Source of the DNA: Thermoplasmata archaeon
GTDB taxonomy: Archaea; Thermoplasmatota; Thermoplasmata; Lutacidiplasmatales; UBA184
Direction of reading: 5' to 3'
NCBI GenBank assembly: GCA_035933635.1
Contig: DASYYY010000030.1
Coordinates: 2,911-66,910 of the forward strand
DNA: 64,000 bases
Under the pieces are notes generated by a model, which worked only from the letters and a program-made list of their open reading frames with translations, made no database searches and was not told the origin of the DNA. This document shows positions 50,420-60,113 of the stretch, in pieces. The position numbers were made by a program, and so were the translations under genes. Numbering within the stretch: position 1 is the stretch's first letter; each line of letters starts with the position of its first letter.

Positions 50420-53400
50420 ATGACAACCGCCCTGCAGGGAACGAACGCGTCGTATCGAATCGCCGGCCGCCGGGGTCTCTCAACCATCACCTCGGTCATC
50501 GTCATCGTGGTGGTGCTCGCCCTCGTCGGGGTCACCGCCTACGGCATCCTGGGCGGGTTCTCGCCCAACGGCAAGTCGTCCTGCCAGCCGGCAAACTCGG
50601 TGGTCTGTGGCCAGTTCATCAACCTGCACGACGTGACGCTGCTCGTACCGTTCCAATCCGTTCAGCAGGGCGCCTCGGTGCCGTTCACCGTCACGGTTCC
50701 CTCGGGGGAGTCGGCGAGCCAGTATACCTACAACTTCGGCGACGGAACCCCTCTCGAGAAGTCCGCCTCACCGACCCTCTCCCACGCGTTCAACACTCCC
50801 GGTGTGTACCTGCTGAGCGTCCAGGCGCTCGTGAGCGGCCAGTTGCACGACAACTACCAGAGCCTCGTGATCCTCAAGGTCAGCCCCTCGTTCGCCACCG
50901 ACACCAACCAGAACCTGCCCGGTGTCGCCGGCAATGTCGTCTCCAACGGCTCGACCTCGACCGGTTCGCCGACCCCGACGGCGGTGCTCCAGCCCGGGGA
51001 GTCGGTCACGCTCGGAGCGTCCTACACGAGCTCGCCGACCAACCCGCTCTGGCGCGAGGTGCCACCGACCCTCCAGATCCCCTCGAGCGCCGAGAAGGTC
51101 TCGACCCCCAACGTTACCGCCGTGAACGCGACCACCACGCTCCGGTTCACCGCCCCGGGCACCTACCAGGTCAGCTTCATCGGCGGCTCCAGTAACGCCA
51201 ATTCAACGTCCAGTTCCACTCCGGTCGTCTTCCAGAACTTCACCTGGACGGTCTTCGTCGCCGCGACGGGTCTCCACGCCGGCGTCGTCGGACTCACCCA
51301 GCCCAAGAGCCCGCACCCGGGCACGATCCTCGACTACGAGCTCGCTCCCGGTGGGGCGCGCACGGAAGACCCGGCGATCGCCTACGACACCGTCAGCTAC
51401 GAGCCGATCCTGAACGTCTACCAGCCGCTCATCACCTACAACGGCAGCAACGTCGGGCCGAGCTGGGAGTCGTTCGTCCCGGCCCTCGCCACCTGCGTAC
51501 CGGGCAGCCCGCAGTGCCAGGCGCTCTACTCCGGCAGCCAGGACCCGACGCTCATCGACGGGTACAACTACACCTTCGTGATCAACGGCGCCTCCAAGTT
51601 CTACGACGCCAAGAGCGGCGCGAGCTGGGGCGTCTACCCGACCGACGTACTGTTCTCCATCGCACGCACGCTCGGCTTCTCGACGCTACCGTGCGTGAGC
51701 TGCAACAACGGCTGGATCCTCGCCCAGGCGTTGCTCGACTCGGGCAACGCCACGTGGGATACGATCCACCAGGCGTTCAACAACACCCCGCAGAACATCC
51801 TCGATTCCATGACGGTCAACGAGACCGGGCTGTGCCCGCAGGCCGCCATGACCAACGACCACGGCTGCATCACCTTCCATGCCTACGGCCGCCACCAGCC
51901 CTGGCCGTACTTCCTCGAGCTCATCGCCGACCCGCTCGGAGGCGCGGTCGTCCCGTGCGGCTGGTACAGCGCCATGAGCCAGGATGCGGGCATTCCCTAC
52001 TGGACCAGCGGCAACTCCAGCGGGTCCGGCGACCACCCCTGTCAGCTTCCCGGAACGAACGGCTACGGCGAGCCCGTCAGCTCGATCCCGTTCCAAGGGT
52101 GGGACCAGTGGGAGACGATCGGTTCCGGTGAGACCGGCCGCTTCGGCGGAACGGTCCAGTACAGCATGGTGGGAAGCGGTCCGTACTACCTCTCGCAGTA
52201 CTCGGTCGGGCTGTCCTACACGCTCTCGGCGAGCCCGGCCTACGTCCAGAACCCCTACTGCACGTGGGCGACCTGCCAGCCGAAGGCCGGCGCCTACGCC
52301 CATACGATCGAGGTCACCTGGGAGACCGACCCGACCCAGGGCGAGCAGGCCCTCGCCGCGGGCGCGGCGGACTTCGCGAGCGTCCCGTCGACCGACCTCG
52401 CCCTCGTCCTCCAGCTGATCAGCCAGCAGAAGGTCAACGCGATCACCAACCCGACGCTCAACATCGGCTTCCAGGCGTTCGACATGCTGTTCAACCTGGA
52501 GGGCGCCCAGCGGTTCTCCAACCAGCCGATCACGGTCAAGTCCGACTTCTTCAGCTACCTCGGGATGCGCCAGTTCTTCGCCCACGCCTACCCCTACGCG
52601 ACGATCCAGAACACGATCAATACCGTCGACGGGATCGTCCTCGGGTTCGACTACGGCGGGGCCATCCCGCAGTTCATGGGCAACTACTACCCGCCGTCGA
52701 TCAACTGGCCCTCGGGTGACCCGTGCACCGACACCACCAACACCGCCTGCGCGGGCTACTGGTGGAACGCCATGCACGACAAGACCAGCGTCTACTACGA
52801 CCCCGAGGTCGGCTCCTGCACGTCGTCCAACCCGTGCGAGTTCCCGATGTTCGGGCAGACCGGCAACCCCACGGGCGATGTGATCAACTCGCTGTGGGCC
52901 CGCCAGGTCAGCACCCTCAGCGGTAATGCGATCATCATGAACCCCGTCGACATCAACTTCGTCACCGAGATCATCAACACGCAGGACTGCGGCGCCTCGC
53001 AGTGCGCGCTGCCCCTCTACGGGCTCGGCTGGGCGCCGGACTATCCGGACCCGACCGACTACGTCACGCCGCTGTACCTGGAGAACTCCACCTACACCTA
53101 CGGTGACGCGGTCGCCCAGGCGATGTATCAGCCCGAGTTCAGCATGGGCTGCTCGCGCGGTACGACGGACTACAATTACTACGCGAACCTGACCGACCCG
53201 GTCCCCCAGGCCTGCCAGGGGGTCGCGTACAAGGCGATGATCAAACTGCTGGGGATCGCCGCGCAGACGCCGGACGGTCCGTACCGGGTCCTGCTCTACG
53301 ACCTCGCCGAGAAGATCGCCAATCAGCTGGCGCTCTACGTCTACACCTCGCAGACCAACGGGCTCGGCGTGGCCGCGGCCTGGGTCGATATCGCCTCGCT

Positions 53401-53476
53401 CAACACCAACCCCACGATGGGGGGCGGGGGCGACACGCCGTTCTTCTGGCTGACCGGGAACGGCCTCGCCGGTTGA
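50420..53476 (+). CDS. ABC transporter substrate-binding protein 2, family 5 (OppA/DppA-like), double-sized (1018 aa), with N-terminal PKD-like module
   Basis: N-terminus YRIAGRRGLSTITSVIVIVVVLALVGV. PKD-like YTYNFGDGTPLEKSASPTLSHAFNTPGVYLL. Core blocks DPAIAYDTVSYEPILNVYQPLI and GWAPDYPDPTDYVTPLY. Colinear paralogue of 32235..35309. Confidence 0.85.
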   Translation: MTTALQGTNASYRIAGRRGLSTITSVIVIVVVLALVGVTAYGILGGFSPNGKSSCQPANSVVCGQFINLHDVTLLVPFQSVQQGASVPFTVTVPSGESASQYTYNFGDGTPLEKSASPTLSHAFNTPGVYLLSVQALVSGQLHDNYQSLVILKVSPSFATDTNQNLPGVAGNVVSNGSTSTGSPTPTAVLQPGESVTLGASYTSSPTNPLWREVPPTLQIPSSAEKVSTPNVTAVNATTTLRFTAPGTYQVSFIGGSSNANSTSSSTPVVFQNFTWTVFVAATGLHAGVVGLTQPKSPHPGTILDYELAPGGARTEDPAIAYDTVSYEPILNVYQPLITYNGSNVGPSWESFVPALATCVPGSPQCQALYSGSQDPTLIDGYNYTFVINGASKFYDAKSGASWGVYPTDVLFSIARTLGFSTLPCVSCNNGWILAQALLDSGNATWDTIHQAFNNTPQNILDSMTVNETGLCPQAAMTNDHGCITFHAYGRHQPWPYFLELIADPLGGAVVPCGWYSAMSQDAGIPYWTSGNSSGSGDHPCQLPGTNGYGEPVSSIPFQGWDQWETIGSGETGRFGGTVQYSMVGSGPYYLSQYSVGLSYTLSASPAYVQNPYCTWATCQPKAGAYAHTIEVTWETDPTQGEQALAAGAADFASVPSTDLALVLQLISQQKVNAITNPTLNIGFQAFDMLFNLEGAQRFSNQPITVKSDFFSYLGMRQFFAHAYPYATIQNTINTVDGIVLGFDYGGAIPQFMGNYYPPSINWPSGDPCTDTTNTACAGYWWNAMHDKTSVYYDPEVGSCTSSNPCEFPMFGQTGNPTGDVINSLWARQVSTLSGNAIIMNPVDINFVTEIINTQDCGASQCALPLYGLGWAPDYPDPTDYVTPLYLENSTYTYGDAVAQAMYQPEFSMGCSRGTTDYNYYANLTDPVPQACQGVAYKAMIKLLGIAAQTPDGPYRVLLYDLAEKIANQLALYVYTSQTNGLGVAAAWVDIASLNTNPTMGGGGDTPFFWLTGNGLAG

Positions 53477-53535
53477 CGGAGCGTTCGGCGCGGCCGGTCG
53501 CGCCCTCGGCGGAGGCCCGAGGGCGCCGGCCCAAG

Positions 53536-53543
53536 CTATAAAT
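53536..53543 (+). promoter_or_regulatory. TATA box (CTATAAAT) about 26 nt upstream of the pheS GTG 53566
   Basis: Clear A/T-rich octamer in a GC-rich spacer. The geometry is leaderless. Confidence 0.5.
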
Positions 53544-53565
53544 CGCGCGCCCGGGTCCCCGCGCG

Positions 53566-55095
53566 GTGCCCGATGCCGACGAGCCGGACGGTCCGGTCCG
53601 GAGCGCCGAGCTCTCGCTCTCCGACCCGGAGCGGCGGCTCTTGGCCGCGCTCCAGGGCGCGACCGGTCCGCGCGAGGAGGACGAGCTGTCGACGGCGACC
53701 GCGCTCGCTCCCGACACGACCCGCAGCTCGTTGCAACGGTTACGCTCCAAGCACCTGGCCCTGGTCGAGGAGGAGCACCAGGAGTCCGTCCAGCTCACCG
53801 CCCGCGGGCGGTCCGCACGTGAGCACGGGCTGCCGGAGCGACGCATGCTCGACGCGCTCGTCCGCGCCGGGGGCACCATGCCGGCCGAGCAGCTCGGAGG
53901 GGCGGCCGGCCTCGACGACGAGGAGCGCGCGGTCGCGATCGGTGTGCTGCGCCGCGCCGGCTATCTCGACCAAGGCTCGCCCTTCCGCCTCCGGGCGGAC
54001 GCTCCCGATCCGTCGAGCCCGCTGGCCGAGGAGGAGTTCTTGCGTTCGGCCGGGACAGCGGTCGGGCCCGAGGCCAAGCTCCTCGCCGCCCTCAAGCGTC
54101 GCGGGCTCGTGGAGGTCGCTCGGCGGACCACGCGTCGCTGGCGGGTGGCCCCGGAAGGCGCACGGCTCGTCCTGCCGGCCGAGGGCACCACCCTCCTCGG
54201 CGCGCTGAGCCCGGAGGACCTCCGCTCGGGTCGGTGGAGGAGCGCCGGGTTCCGGCCCTACGACGTCCGGGCGGAAGTGCCCTACCGGTCCGGTCCCGCT
54301 CCCCACCCCTACGCACGCTTCCTCGACGAGTTCGCCGAGATCCTCGTCGGGCTCGGATTCGAGGAGTCCGAGGGGCCGCTCGTGGAGACGGAGTTCTGGA
54401 ACGGCGACGTACTGAACATGCCGCAGGACCACCCGGCCCGCTCGGTCCACGACGTCTTCTTCCTCACCGGCATCGACGGACACGCTCCCCCGGCGGGCCT
54501 TGTCGACCGGGTCGCCGCGGCGCAGGAGGGCCGCCCGATGCCCGGGGAAAGCGAACCGATCTCCCGAGGGTGGCGCGTCCCCTACCGGCCCGACGTGGCC
54601 CGACGACCCGTGATGCGGTCCCAGACGACGGCGGTCTCCGCCCGGTTCCTGGCGGCGCACCCCACGCCGCCGTTCCGGATGTTCTGCCTGGACCGCAACT
54701 TCCGGCCCGACGCGTTGGACGCGACCCACCACGTGGAGTTCGCCCAGGCCGAGGGGGTACTCGGTGGGGAAGGGACGAGCCTGCGGGACCTCGTGGGGGT
54801 CTTCCGCGAGCTCGCCGAGGCCATCGGGATCCGCGAGCTCAAGGTCCGTCCGAGCTACTTCCCGTTCACCGAACCCTCCGTCGAAGCCTACGTTCGGCAC
54901 CCCCGGCTCGGATGGATGGAGATCTTCCCCGGCGGGATGCTGCGACCGGAGGTCCTCCGTCCCCTGGGGATCGAGGTACCGGTCGCGGCCTGGGGGATCG
55001 GGGTCACCCGACTGGCCATGGTGGCGCTCCAGGTCGCGGACATCCGTGACCTCTTCTCCGACGACCTCGGCCGCCTGACCGGCAGGGAGGGGTGA
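53566..55095 (+). CDS. pheS: Phenylalanine-tRNA ligase alpha subunit (archaeal type)
   Basis: About 509 aa with N-terminal winged-helix repeats. Class II core motifs HPYARFLDEFAEILVGLGF, MPQDHPARSVHDVFF, FRPDALDATHHVEFAQAEG and FPFTEPSVE. Confidence 0.92.
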   Translation: MPDADEPDGPVRSAELSLSDPERRLLAALQGATGPREEDELSTATALAPDTTRSSLQRLRSKHLALVEEEHQESVQLTARGRSAREHGLPERRMLDALVRAGGTMPAEQLGGAAGLDDEERAVAIGVLRRAGYLDQGSPFRLRADAPDPSSPLAEEEFLRSAGTAVGPEAKLLAALKRRGLVEVARRTTRRWRVAPEGARLVLPAEGTTLLGALSPEDLRSGRWRSAGFRPYDVRAEVPYRSGPAPHPYARFLDEFAEILVGLGFEESEGPLVETEFWNGDVLNMPQDHPARSVHDVFFLTGIDGHAPPAGLVDRVAAAQEGRPMPGESEPISRGWRVPYRPDVARRPVMRSQTTAVSARFLAAHPTPPFRMFCLDRNFRPDALDATHHVEFAQAEGVLGGEGTSLRDLVGVFRELAEAIGIRELKVRPSYFPFTEPSVEAYVRHPRLGWMEIFPGGMLRPEVLRPLGIEVPVAAWGIGVTRLAMVALQVADIRDLFSDDLGRLTGREG

Positions 55096-55098
55096 GCG

Positions 55099-56781
55099 GT
55101 GGTCCAGAGCACGCTCTCGCTCGCGCGCACGGTGCAGGGGCTCGAACCCCGGCCGTCGGACCGGGAGATCGAGGAGGTGTTGTTCGCCTACTCGAAGGCC
55201 GAGGCCAAGCGGTTCGAGGGCGACGACCTGAGCATCGAAGTCACCCCCGATCGACTCGACCTGCTTTCGGAGGGAGGTCTCCGCCAGCATCTCGAGGGGC
55301 TCCTGGACCGACGCCAGGACCTGCCCGCCCTCGCGGTGCACGCCGGGATCGCCCCGCACCTCCGCATACGCGTCGATCGCTCGGTGGAACGGAAGCGGCC
55401 GGCGATCGCCGCGGTGCAGCTCGAGGCTCCCCCGGGCGGAGCGCTCGACTCCGGGCTCTTGACCGAGGCCGTTCGCTTCCAAGAGCTGTTGCATGCCACG
55501 ATCGGCTCGGACCGCCGGAGCGCGAGCCTCGGTATCTACCCCGTCGAGCGGATCACCGGGCCGATCGAGTACACCTTCGCGCCCGTCGCCGCGATCCGAT
55601 TCACCCCGCTCGAGGGTGACCGACCCCGGTCGGGTCCGGAGTTCTTCGCCGAACACCCCTACGCCCAGCAGTACGGTGCGCTCGGACGCGAGGTCGAGGA
55701 GACTCTGGTCCTGCGGGACGCTCGCGGGACGATCCTCAGCCTGCCCCCGATCCTCAACAGCCGCGAGGCCGGCGAGGCACGGGTCGGGGATCGAACGCTC
55801 CTGTTGGAATCGACGGGAACGCGCGCCGCTCGCGTGGAGGACGCGCTCGGGCTCCTGGAGCTGCCCTTCGTGGCGGCGGGCTGGAGCGCGGCCCCGGTCG
55901 CCGTCGAATTCCCCGATCGGGCGGATACGGGTGAGCGCTTCGTCCGGCCGCGCCGGATGGAGCTCGGCGTCGAGCACGTCCGGCGGGTCACGGGCCTGCC
56001 GTTGTCGAGCGAGGAAGTGTCGGGACTGCTGCGCCGGGCCCGGCTCGGCCCGTCGTCGTCCGGATCGGGCTGGGAGGTCGCGGTCCCCCCGTGGCGCCCG
56101 GACCTGATCAGCGGCGACGACCTCGTCGAGGAGGTCGCGCTCGCCCGCGGGGTCCGCGTCGAGGAGGCCCGGCTCCCCGTCTCCTCCACCCGCGGACGCC
56201 GGCTGGCGCAACGCGGGCTTCGGGAGGCGATGCGCGACCGGCTCCTGGGTCTCGGCTACGTGCCGCTCTTTTCGACGGTCCTCTCCTCCGAGTCGACCGT
56301 GGAACTGCTCGGGCACGACGCGCTCCGCCTGGCCAACCCGGTCTCCCTCGAACTGTCCCGGGTACGTAGCGCGCTGCAGATCCCGCTCCTCACCGCGTTG
56401 CGGCACAACATCCGGTTCGCCTACCCGCAGCGGTTCAGCGAGGTGGGACCCGTGGTCCTCAAGGACCCCAAGGCCGAGAGCGGGGCGGCGACGCACGTGC
56501 GCGCCGGTTGGGTGATCGCGGCGGAGGGCGCCGGGTTCGCCGATGCGGCGGCCACCCTCGACTATCTTCTGCGCCGCGAGCAGCTGCTCGCGGTCCGCGA
56601 GCCGGCCGAGCTTCCCGGGACGATCCCGGGCCGGGCCGCTCGCGTGCGGCTCGCCGGGGAGGCCATCGGAGAGATCGGTGAGATCCACCCCGCGGTCCTC
56701 GACGAGCTCGGGATCCCCGTGCCCGCCGCGTGGGCGGAGATCGACCTGACGGCCCTGCAGCCCCTCCTCCGAGGCCCGTAG
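55099..56781 (+). CDS. pheT: Phenylalanine-tRNA ligase beta subunit (archaeal type)
   Basis: 560 aa starting 4 nt after the pheS stop. B3/4 and B5-like blocks (VTPDRLDLLSEGGL, PPWRPDLISGDDLVEEVALARG, NPVSLELSRVRSAL). Confidence 0.9.
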   Translation: MVQSTLSLARTVQGLEPRPSDREIEEVLFAYSKAEAKRFEGDDLSIEVTPDRLDLLSEGGLRQHLEGLLDRRQDLPALAVHAGIAPHLRIRVDRSVERKRPAIAAVQLEAPPGGALDSGLLTEAVRFQELLHATIGSDRRSASLGIYPVERITGPIEYTFAPVAAIRFTPLEGDRPRSGPEFFAEHPYAQQYGALGREVEETLVLRDARGTILSLPPILNSREAGEARVGDRTLLLESTGTRAARVEDALGLLELPFVAAGWSAAPVAVEFPDRADTGERFVRPRRMELGVEHVRRVTGLPLSSEEVSGLLRRARLGPSSSGSGWEVAVPPWRPDLISGDDLVEEVALARGVRVEEARLPVSSTRGRRLAQRGLREAMRDRLLGLGYVPLFSTVLSSESTVELLGHDALRLANPVSLELSRVRSALQIPLLTALRHNIRFAYPQRFSEVGPVVLKDPKAESGAATHVRAGWVIAAEGAGFADAAATLDYLLRREQLLAVREPAELPGTIPGRAARVRLAGEAIGEIGEIHPAVLDELGIPVPAAWAEIDLTALQPLLRGP

Positions 56782-56784
56782 CCC

Positions 56785-56790
56785 TTTTTT
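56785..56790 (+). terminator. T6 run immediately after the pheT stop (tagcccTTTTTTgcc)
   Basis: An oligo-T tract is the usual archaeal termination signal. It lies 4 nt after stop 56781. Confidence 0.4.
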
Positions 56791-56812
56791 GCCGAGGGGA
56801 GGTCGGAGCCCG

Positions 56813-58486
56813 ATGGCGAGCCGGCGCTCCCGCTCCGAACCCGCCCGGACCGCGTGGGAGAAGGCCGCCCACGAGGCGATCGGAGATCGCGCCGAGGGCG
56901 GCGCCGTGCCGTTGCTGAGCGTGCCGGCGGAAGATCCGCTCGCCGAATCGCTCGAGGCGATCGGGCTGCCGGCCCGGTCTCCGTTCACCCGGGGGATCCA
57001 GCCGACGATGTACCGCGGCCGGCTCTGGACGTTCCGCCAGTACTCCGGGTTCGGCACGGCCGCCGAGACCAACCGGCGCTACCGCTACCTGCTGAAGAGC
57101 GGCCAGACCGGACTGTCGGTCGCCTTCGACCTTCCCACACAGATCGGCTACGACTCCGACCATCCCCGGGCTCGGGGTGAGGTCGGCCGCTGCGGGGTGG
57201 CGATCAGCTCGGTCGCCGACATGGAGACGCTGTTCCACGAGATCCCGCTCGACCGCGCGACCGTCTCGATGACGATCAACGCGACCGCGCCGATCCTCAC
57301 CGCGCTGATCGTCAGCGTCGCGGAATCCCACGGGGTGCCCCGGGCGCGGCTCGGCGGGACCGTCCAGAACGACATCCTCAAGGAGTACGTCGCCCGCGGG
57401 ACCTACATCTACCCGCCCGAGGCGTCGATCCGGCTCACCGTCGACCTGATCGAGTTCGCGACGCGCGAGATGCCGCAGTGGAACTACATCAGCGTCTCCG
57501 GCTACCACATGCGCGAGGCCGGCGCCACCGCCGTCCAGGAGGTGGCGTTCACCGTCGCCAACGCCATCGCCTACGTGCGCGCCGTCAAGGACCGCGGGCT
57601 CGACGTCGACGAGTTCCTCCCCCGGCTGTCGTTCTTCTTCAGCTCGGACCGCAATTTCCTGGAGGAGATCGCGAAGTTCCGGGCCGCCCGACGGCTCTGG
57701 TCGATCGTGACCCGCGAGGTGCTGGGCGCCCGGCTCGCACGATCGCAGCAGCTGCGCTTCCACACGCAGACCGCCGGCTCGTCGCTGACCGCCCAGCAGC
57801 CCGAGCTCAACGTCATCCGCACGACCCTCGAGGGACTCGCCGGTGTCCTCGGGGGCACGCAATCGCTCCACACCAACGCCCTCGACGAGGCGCTCGGCCT
57901 GCCGACGCCGGAGTCGGCCCGGCTCGCGCTGAGGACCCAGCAGCTCCTCGCCGAGGAGTCCGGGGTGACCTCGACCGTCGACCCCCTCGGCGGGTCCTAC
58001 GCCATCGAGGAGCTCACCGACCGGATCGTCCAGGACGCGCGGGCCTACCTCGACCGTATCGAGTCGATGGGCGGCTCGTTGAAAGCGGTCGAGCGCGGCT
58101 TCTTCCAGTCCGAGATCGCCCACGAGGCCTACCGCACCGCGCGGGCCCGGGAGGCGAAGACCGAGCTCGTCGTCGGTGTCAACACCCTCGAGGAGGGCAA
58201 TCCCGAGTTCTCGCTCTTCCCTCGACGGGGGAAGAAGGGCGTCGAGGTCCTGCGGGTCACCCCCGAGCAGGAGGCCGCCCAGGTGCACCGCGTCGAGAGG
58301 TTCCGGGCGCGCCGATCGTCTTCCGAGGCCGAGGCGGCCCTCGGCCGGTTGGGCCAGGTCACCGACGCCGGGGGCAACGTGATGGCCCCGCTGCTCCAGG
58401 CCCTCCAAGCCCACGCGACGCTGGGCGAGGTCGCCGACCTCTGGCGGAGCCGGTTCGGCGAGTACCAGCCCTCGCGGGCGTTCTGA
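56813..58486 (+). CDS. Methylmalonyl-CoA mutase, large (catalytic, substrate-binding) subunit
   Basis: FTRGIQPTMYRGRLWTFRQYSGFGTAAETNRRYRYLL..GQTGLSVAFDLPTQIGYDSD and NTLEEG blocks. GGAGGT lies 8 nt upstream of ATG 56813. No B12-binding domain is present in this ORF or in the window. Confidence 0.92.
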   Translation: MASRRSRSEPARTAWEKAAHEAIGDRAEGGAVPLLSVPAEDPLAESLEAIGLPARSPFTRGIQPTMYRGRLWTFRQYSGFGTAAETNRRYRYLLKSGQTGLSVAFDLPTQIGYDSDHPRARGEVGRCGVAISSVADMETLFHEIPLDRATVSMTINATAPILTALIVSVAESHGVPRARLGGTVQNDILKEYVARGTYIYPPEASIRLTVDLIEFATREMPQWNYISVSGYHMREAGATAVQEVAFTVANAIAYVRAVKDRGLDVDEFLPRLSFFFSSDRNFLEEIAKFRAARRLWSIVTREVLGARLARSQQLRFHTQTAGSSLTAQQPELNVIRTTLEGLAGVLGGTQSLHTNALDEALGLPTPESARLALRTQQLLAEESGVTSTVDPLGGSYAIEELTDRIVQDARAYLDRIESMGGSLKAVERGFFQSEIAHEAYRTARAREAKTELVVGVNTLEEGNPEFSLFPRRGKKGVEVLRVTPEQEAAQVHRVERFRARRSSSEAEAALGRLGQVTDAGGNVMAPLLQALQAHATLGEVADLWRSRFGEYQPSRAF

Positions 58487-58500
58487 ACGGAGTCCTGGGA

Positions 58501-58899
58501 ATGGAAGTCGACCACATCGGCATCGCGGTACACGACCTCGCGGCGGCACTCCCCCGTTGGGAGCGGACCCTGGGCAGCGCGGCCAGTCCCCCCGAGGAGG
58601 TCCCGACGCAGAAGGTCCGGGTCGCCTTTCTGGAGGCCGGCGCGACGCACATCGAGTTCCTCGAGCCGACCGACCCGAGCTCCGCCGTGGGGCGGTTCCT
58701 CGAGTCGCGGGGGGAGGGGATGCACCACATCGCCTACCTGGTCCCGAGCGTCGACAAGATGCTCGCCCAGCTCGTGGCCGAGGGGGCGCGCGTGATCGAT
58801 CCGGTCTCGCGCCCGGGGGCCCGCGGACGCCGCGTCGGCTTCGCCCATCCCTCGGCCTTCGGTGGGGTGCTCGTCGAGTTCGTGGAGAAGGGCCGATGA
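58501..58899 (+). CDS. mce: Methylmalonyl-CoA epimerase (glyoxalase/VOC fold)
   Basis: 132 aa with MEVDHIGIAVHDL...IEFLEP......FLE.RGEGMHHIAY.V....GFAHPSAFGGVLVEFVE. Embedded in the longer off-target track ORF 57478..58899. Confidence 0.85.
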   Translation: MEVDHIGIAVHDLAAALPRWERTLGSAASPPEEVPTQKVRVAFLEAGATHIEFLEPTDPSSAVGRFLESRGEGMHHIAYLVPSVDKMLAQLVAEGARVIDPVSRPGARGRRVGFAHPSAFGGVLVEFVEKGR

Positions 58900-60113
58900 G
58901 CCAGGTCGTCGAGGCGACCCTCCGGCAGGTCTACGACAGCCGCGGAAAGCCGACGGTCGAGGCGACCGTGGCGACCGAAGCCGGGGCCGTCGGACGGGCG
59001 GCGGCGCCCAGCGGGGCGAGCACGGGGACCCACGAGGTGCAGGCGTTCCCGGCGGGCGGAGTGGCCGAGGCGCTCGCCACGTTCGGCGCTCGGCTCCGAA
59101 GCCGGCTGATCGGCCATCGGACCGACGACCAGACCGGGTGGGACCGGACGCTCCACGAGGTCGATGGGAGTCCGTCGTTCGAGCGGATCGGCGGGAACAC
59201 GGCCACGGCGCTCTCGCTCGCTCTGTCCCTCGCGCGGAGCATCGAGGACGACGCGCCGCTCTGGGAGCTTTGGCGCCGGCCCGGCGTGGCCCGCAAGCAG
59301 TACCCGGCCATCGTCGGCAACTGCCTGAACGGCGGGCGACACGCGATCGGCGGACCGGAGTTCCAGGAGTTCATCGCCTTCGCCCACGCCCAGGACCCCG
59401 CCGATTCGGTGCGGGCCGCCCTCGAGGTGCACCATCGGGTGGGCGAGGCGCTCCACCAGCGCTTCCCCAACGCCTCGCTGGGCCGAGGGGACGAGGGGGG
59501 CTGGGTGGCGCCGGTGTCGAGCCTCGAGGGGCTCGAGGTGCTGGCCGCGGCGTGCACGGCGGTCCGCGACGAGCTCCGGCTTCCCGTCCACCCCGGCGTG
59601 GACTTGGCCGCCAGCGAGTTCTTCCGCGACGGGAAGTACCGCTATCGCGACCGGGCCCTCGATCCCGAAGGTCAGCTCGGGTTCCTGACCGAGCTGGTCG
59701 ACCGGTTCGAGCTCCACTACGTCGAGGACCCGTTCGAACAGGAGGGCTTCGATTCCTTCGCCAAGTTCACCGAGGCGGTCGGGAAGCGTACGTTGGTGGT
59801 CGGGGACGATCTCTACACCACGAGCGTGCGCCGGATCGAGCGGGGCGTCAAGGCCCGTGCGACGAACTCGGTGCTGATCAAGGTCAACCAGGTGGGCACG
59901 CTGACCGACACGTTCGCCGCGGTCGACCTGGCCCGCGCCACGGGCTGGACCACGGTCAGCTCGCACCGCTCCGGGGACGTCCCGGAAGGCTGGCTGGCCC
60001 ACCTGGCCGTCGCCAGCGCCGCCGCGGGCATCAAATGCGGACTTCTCGGCGGAGAACGGGTGGCAAAGCTAAATGAACTCCTACGCGTCGCGGCCCCGTC
60101 CGAGGCGACCTAA
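58896..60113 (+). CDS. eno: Enolase (phosphopyruvate hydratase)
   Basis: REVYDSRGKPTVE-like RQVYDSRGKPTVEATV, APSGASTGTHE, GDDLYTT, LIKVNQVGTLT and SHRSGD motifs. The ATG overlaps the mce stop (ATGA). Confidence 0.92.
   Translation: MSQVVEATLRQVYDSRGKPTVEATVATEAGAVGRAAAPSGASTGTHEVQAFPAGGVAEALATFGARLRSRLIGHRTDDQTGWDRTLHEVDGSPSFERIGGNTATALSLALSLARSIEDDAPLWELWRRPGVARKQYPAIVGNCLNGGRHAIGGPEFQEFIAFAHAQDPADSVRAALEVHHRVGEALHQRFPNASLGRGDEGGWVAPVSSLEGLEVLAAACTAVRDELRLPVHPGVDLAASEFFRDGKYRYRDRALDPEGQLGFLTELVDRFELHYVEDPFEQEGFDSFAKFTEAVGKRTLVVGDDLYTTSVRRIERGVKARATNSVLIKVNQVGTLTDTFAAVDLARATGWTTVSSHRSGDVPEGWLAHLAVASAAAGIKCGLLGGERVAKLNELLRVAAPSEAT

Noticed and set aside
53740-57072. 1110-aa ORF on the minus strand, one of the longest in the track
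   Set aside because: It is antisense to pheS, pheT and the start of the mutase gene, all of which have unmistakable conserved motifs. Its translation is Arg/Pro/Gly/Ala-dominated low complexity, typical of off-frame or antisense reading of GC-rich coding DNA, where stop codons are rare.
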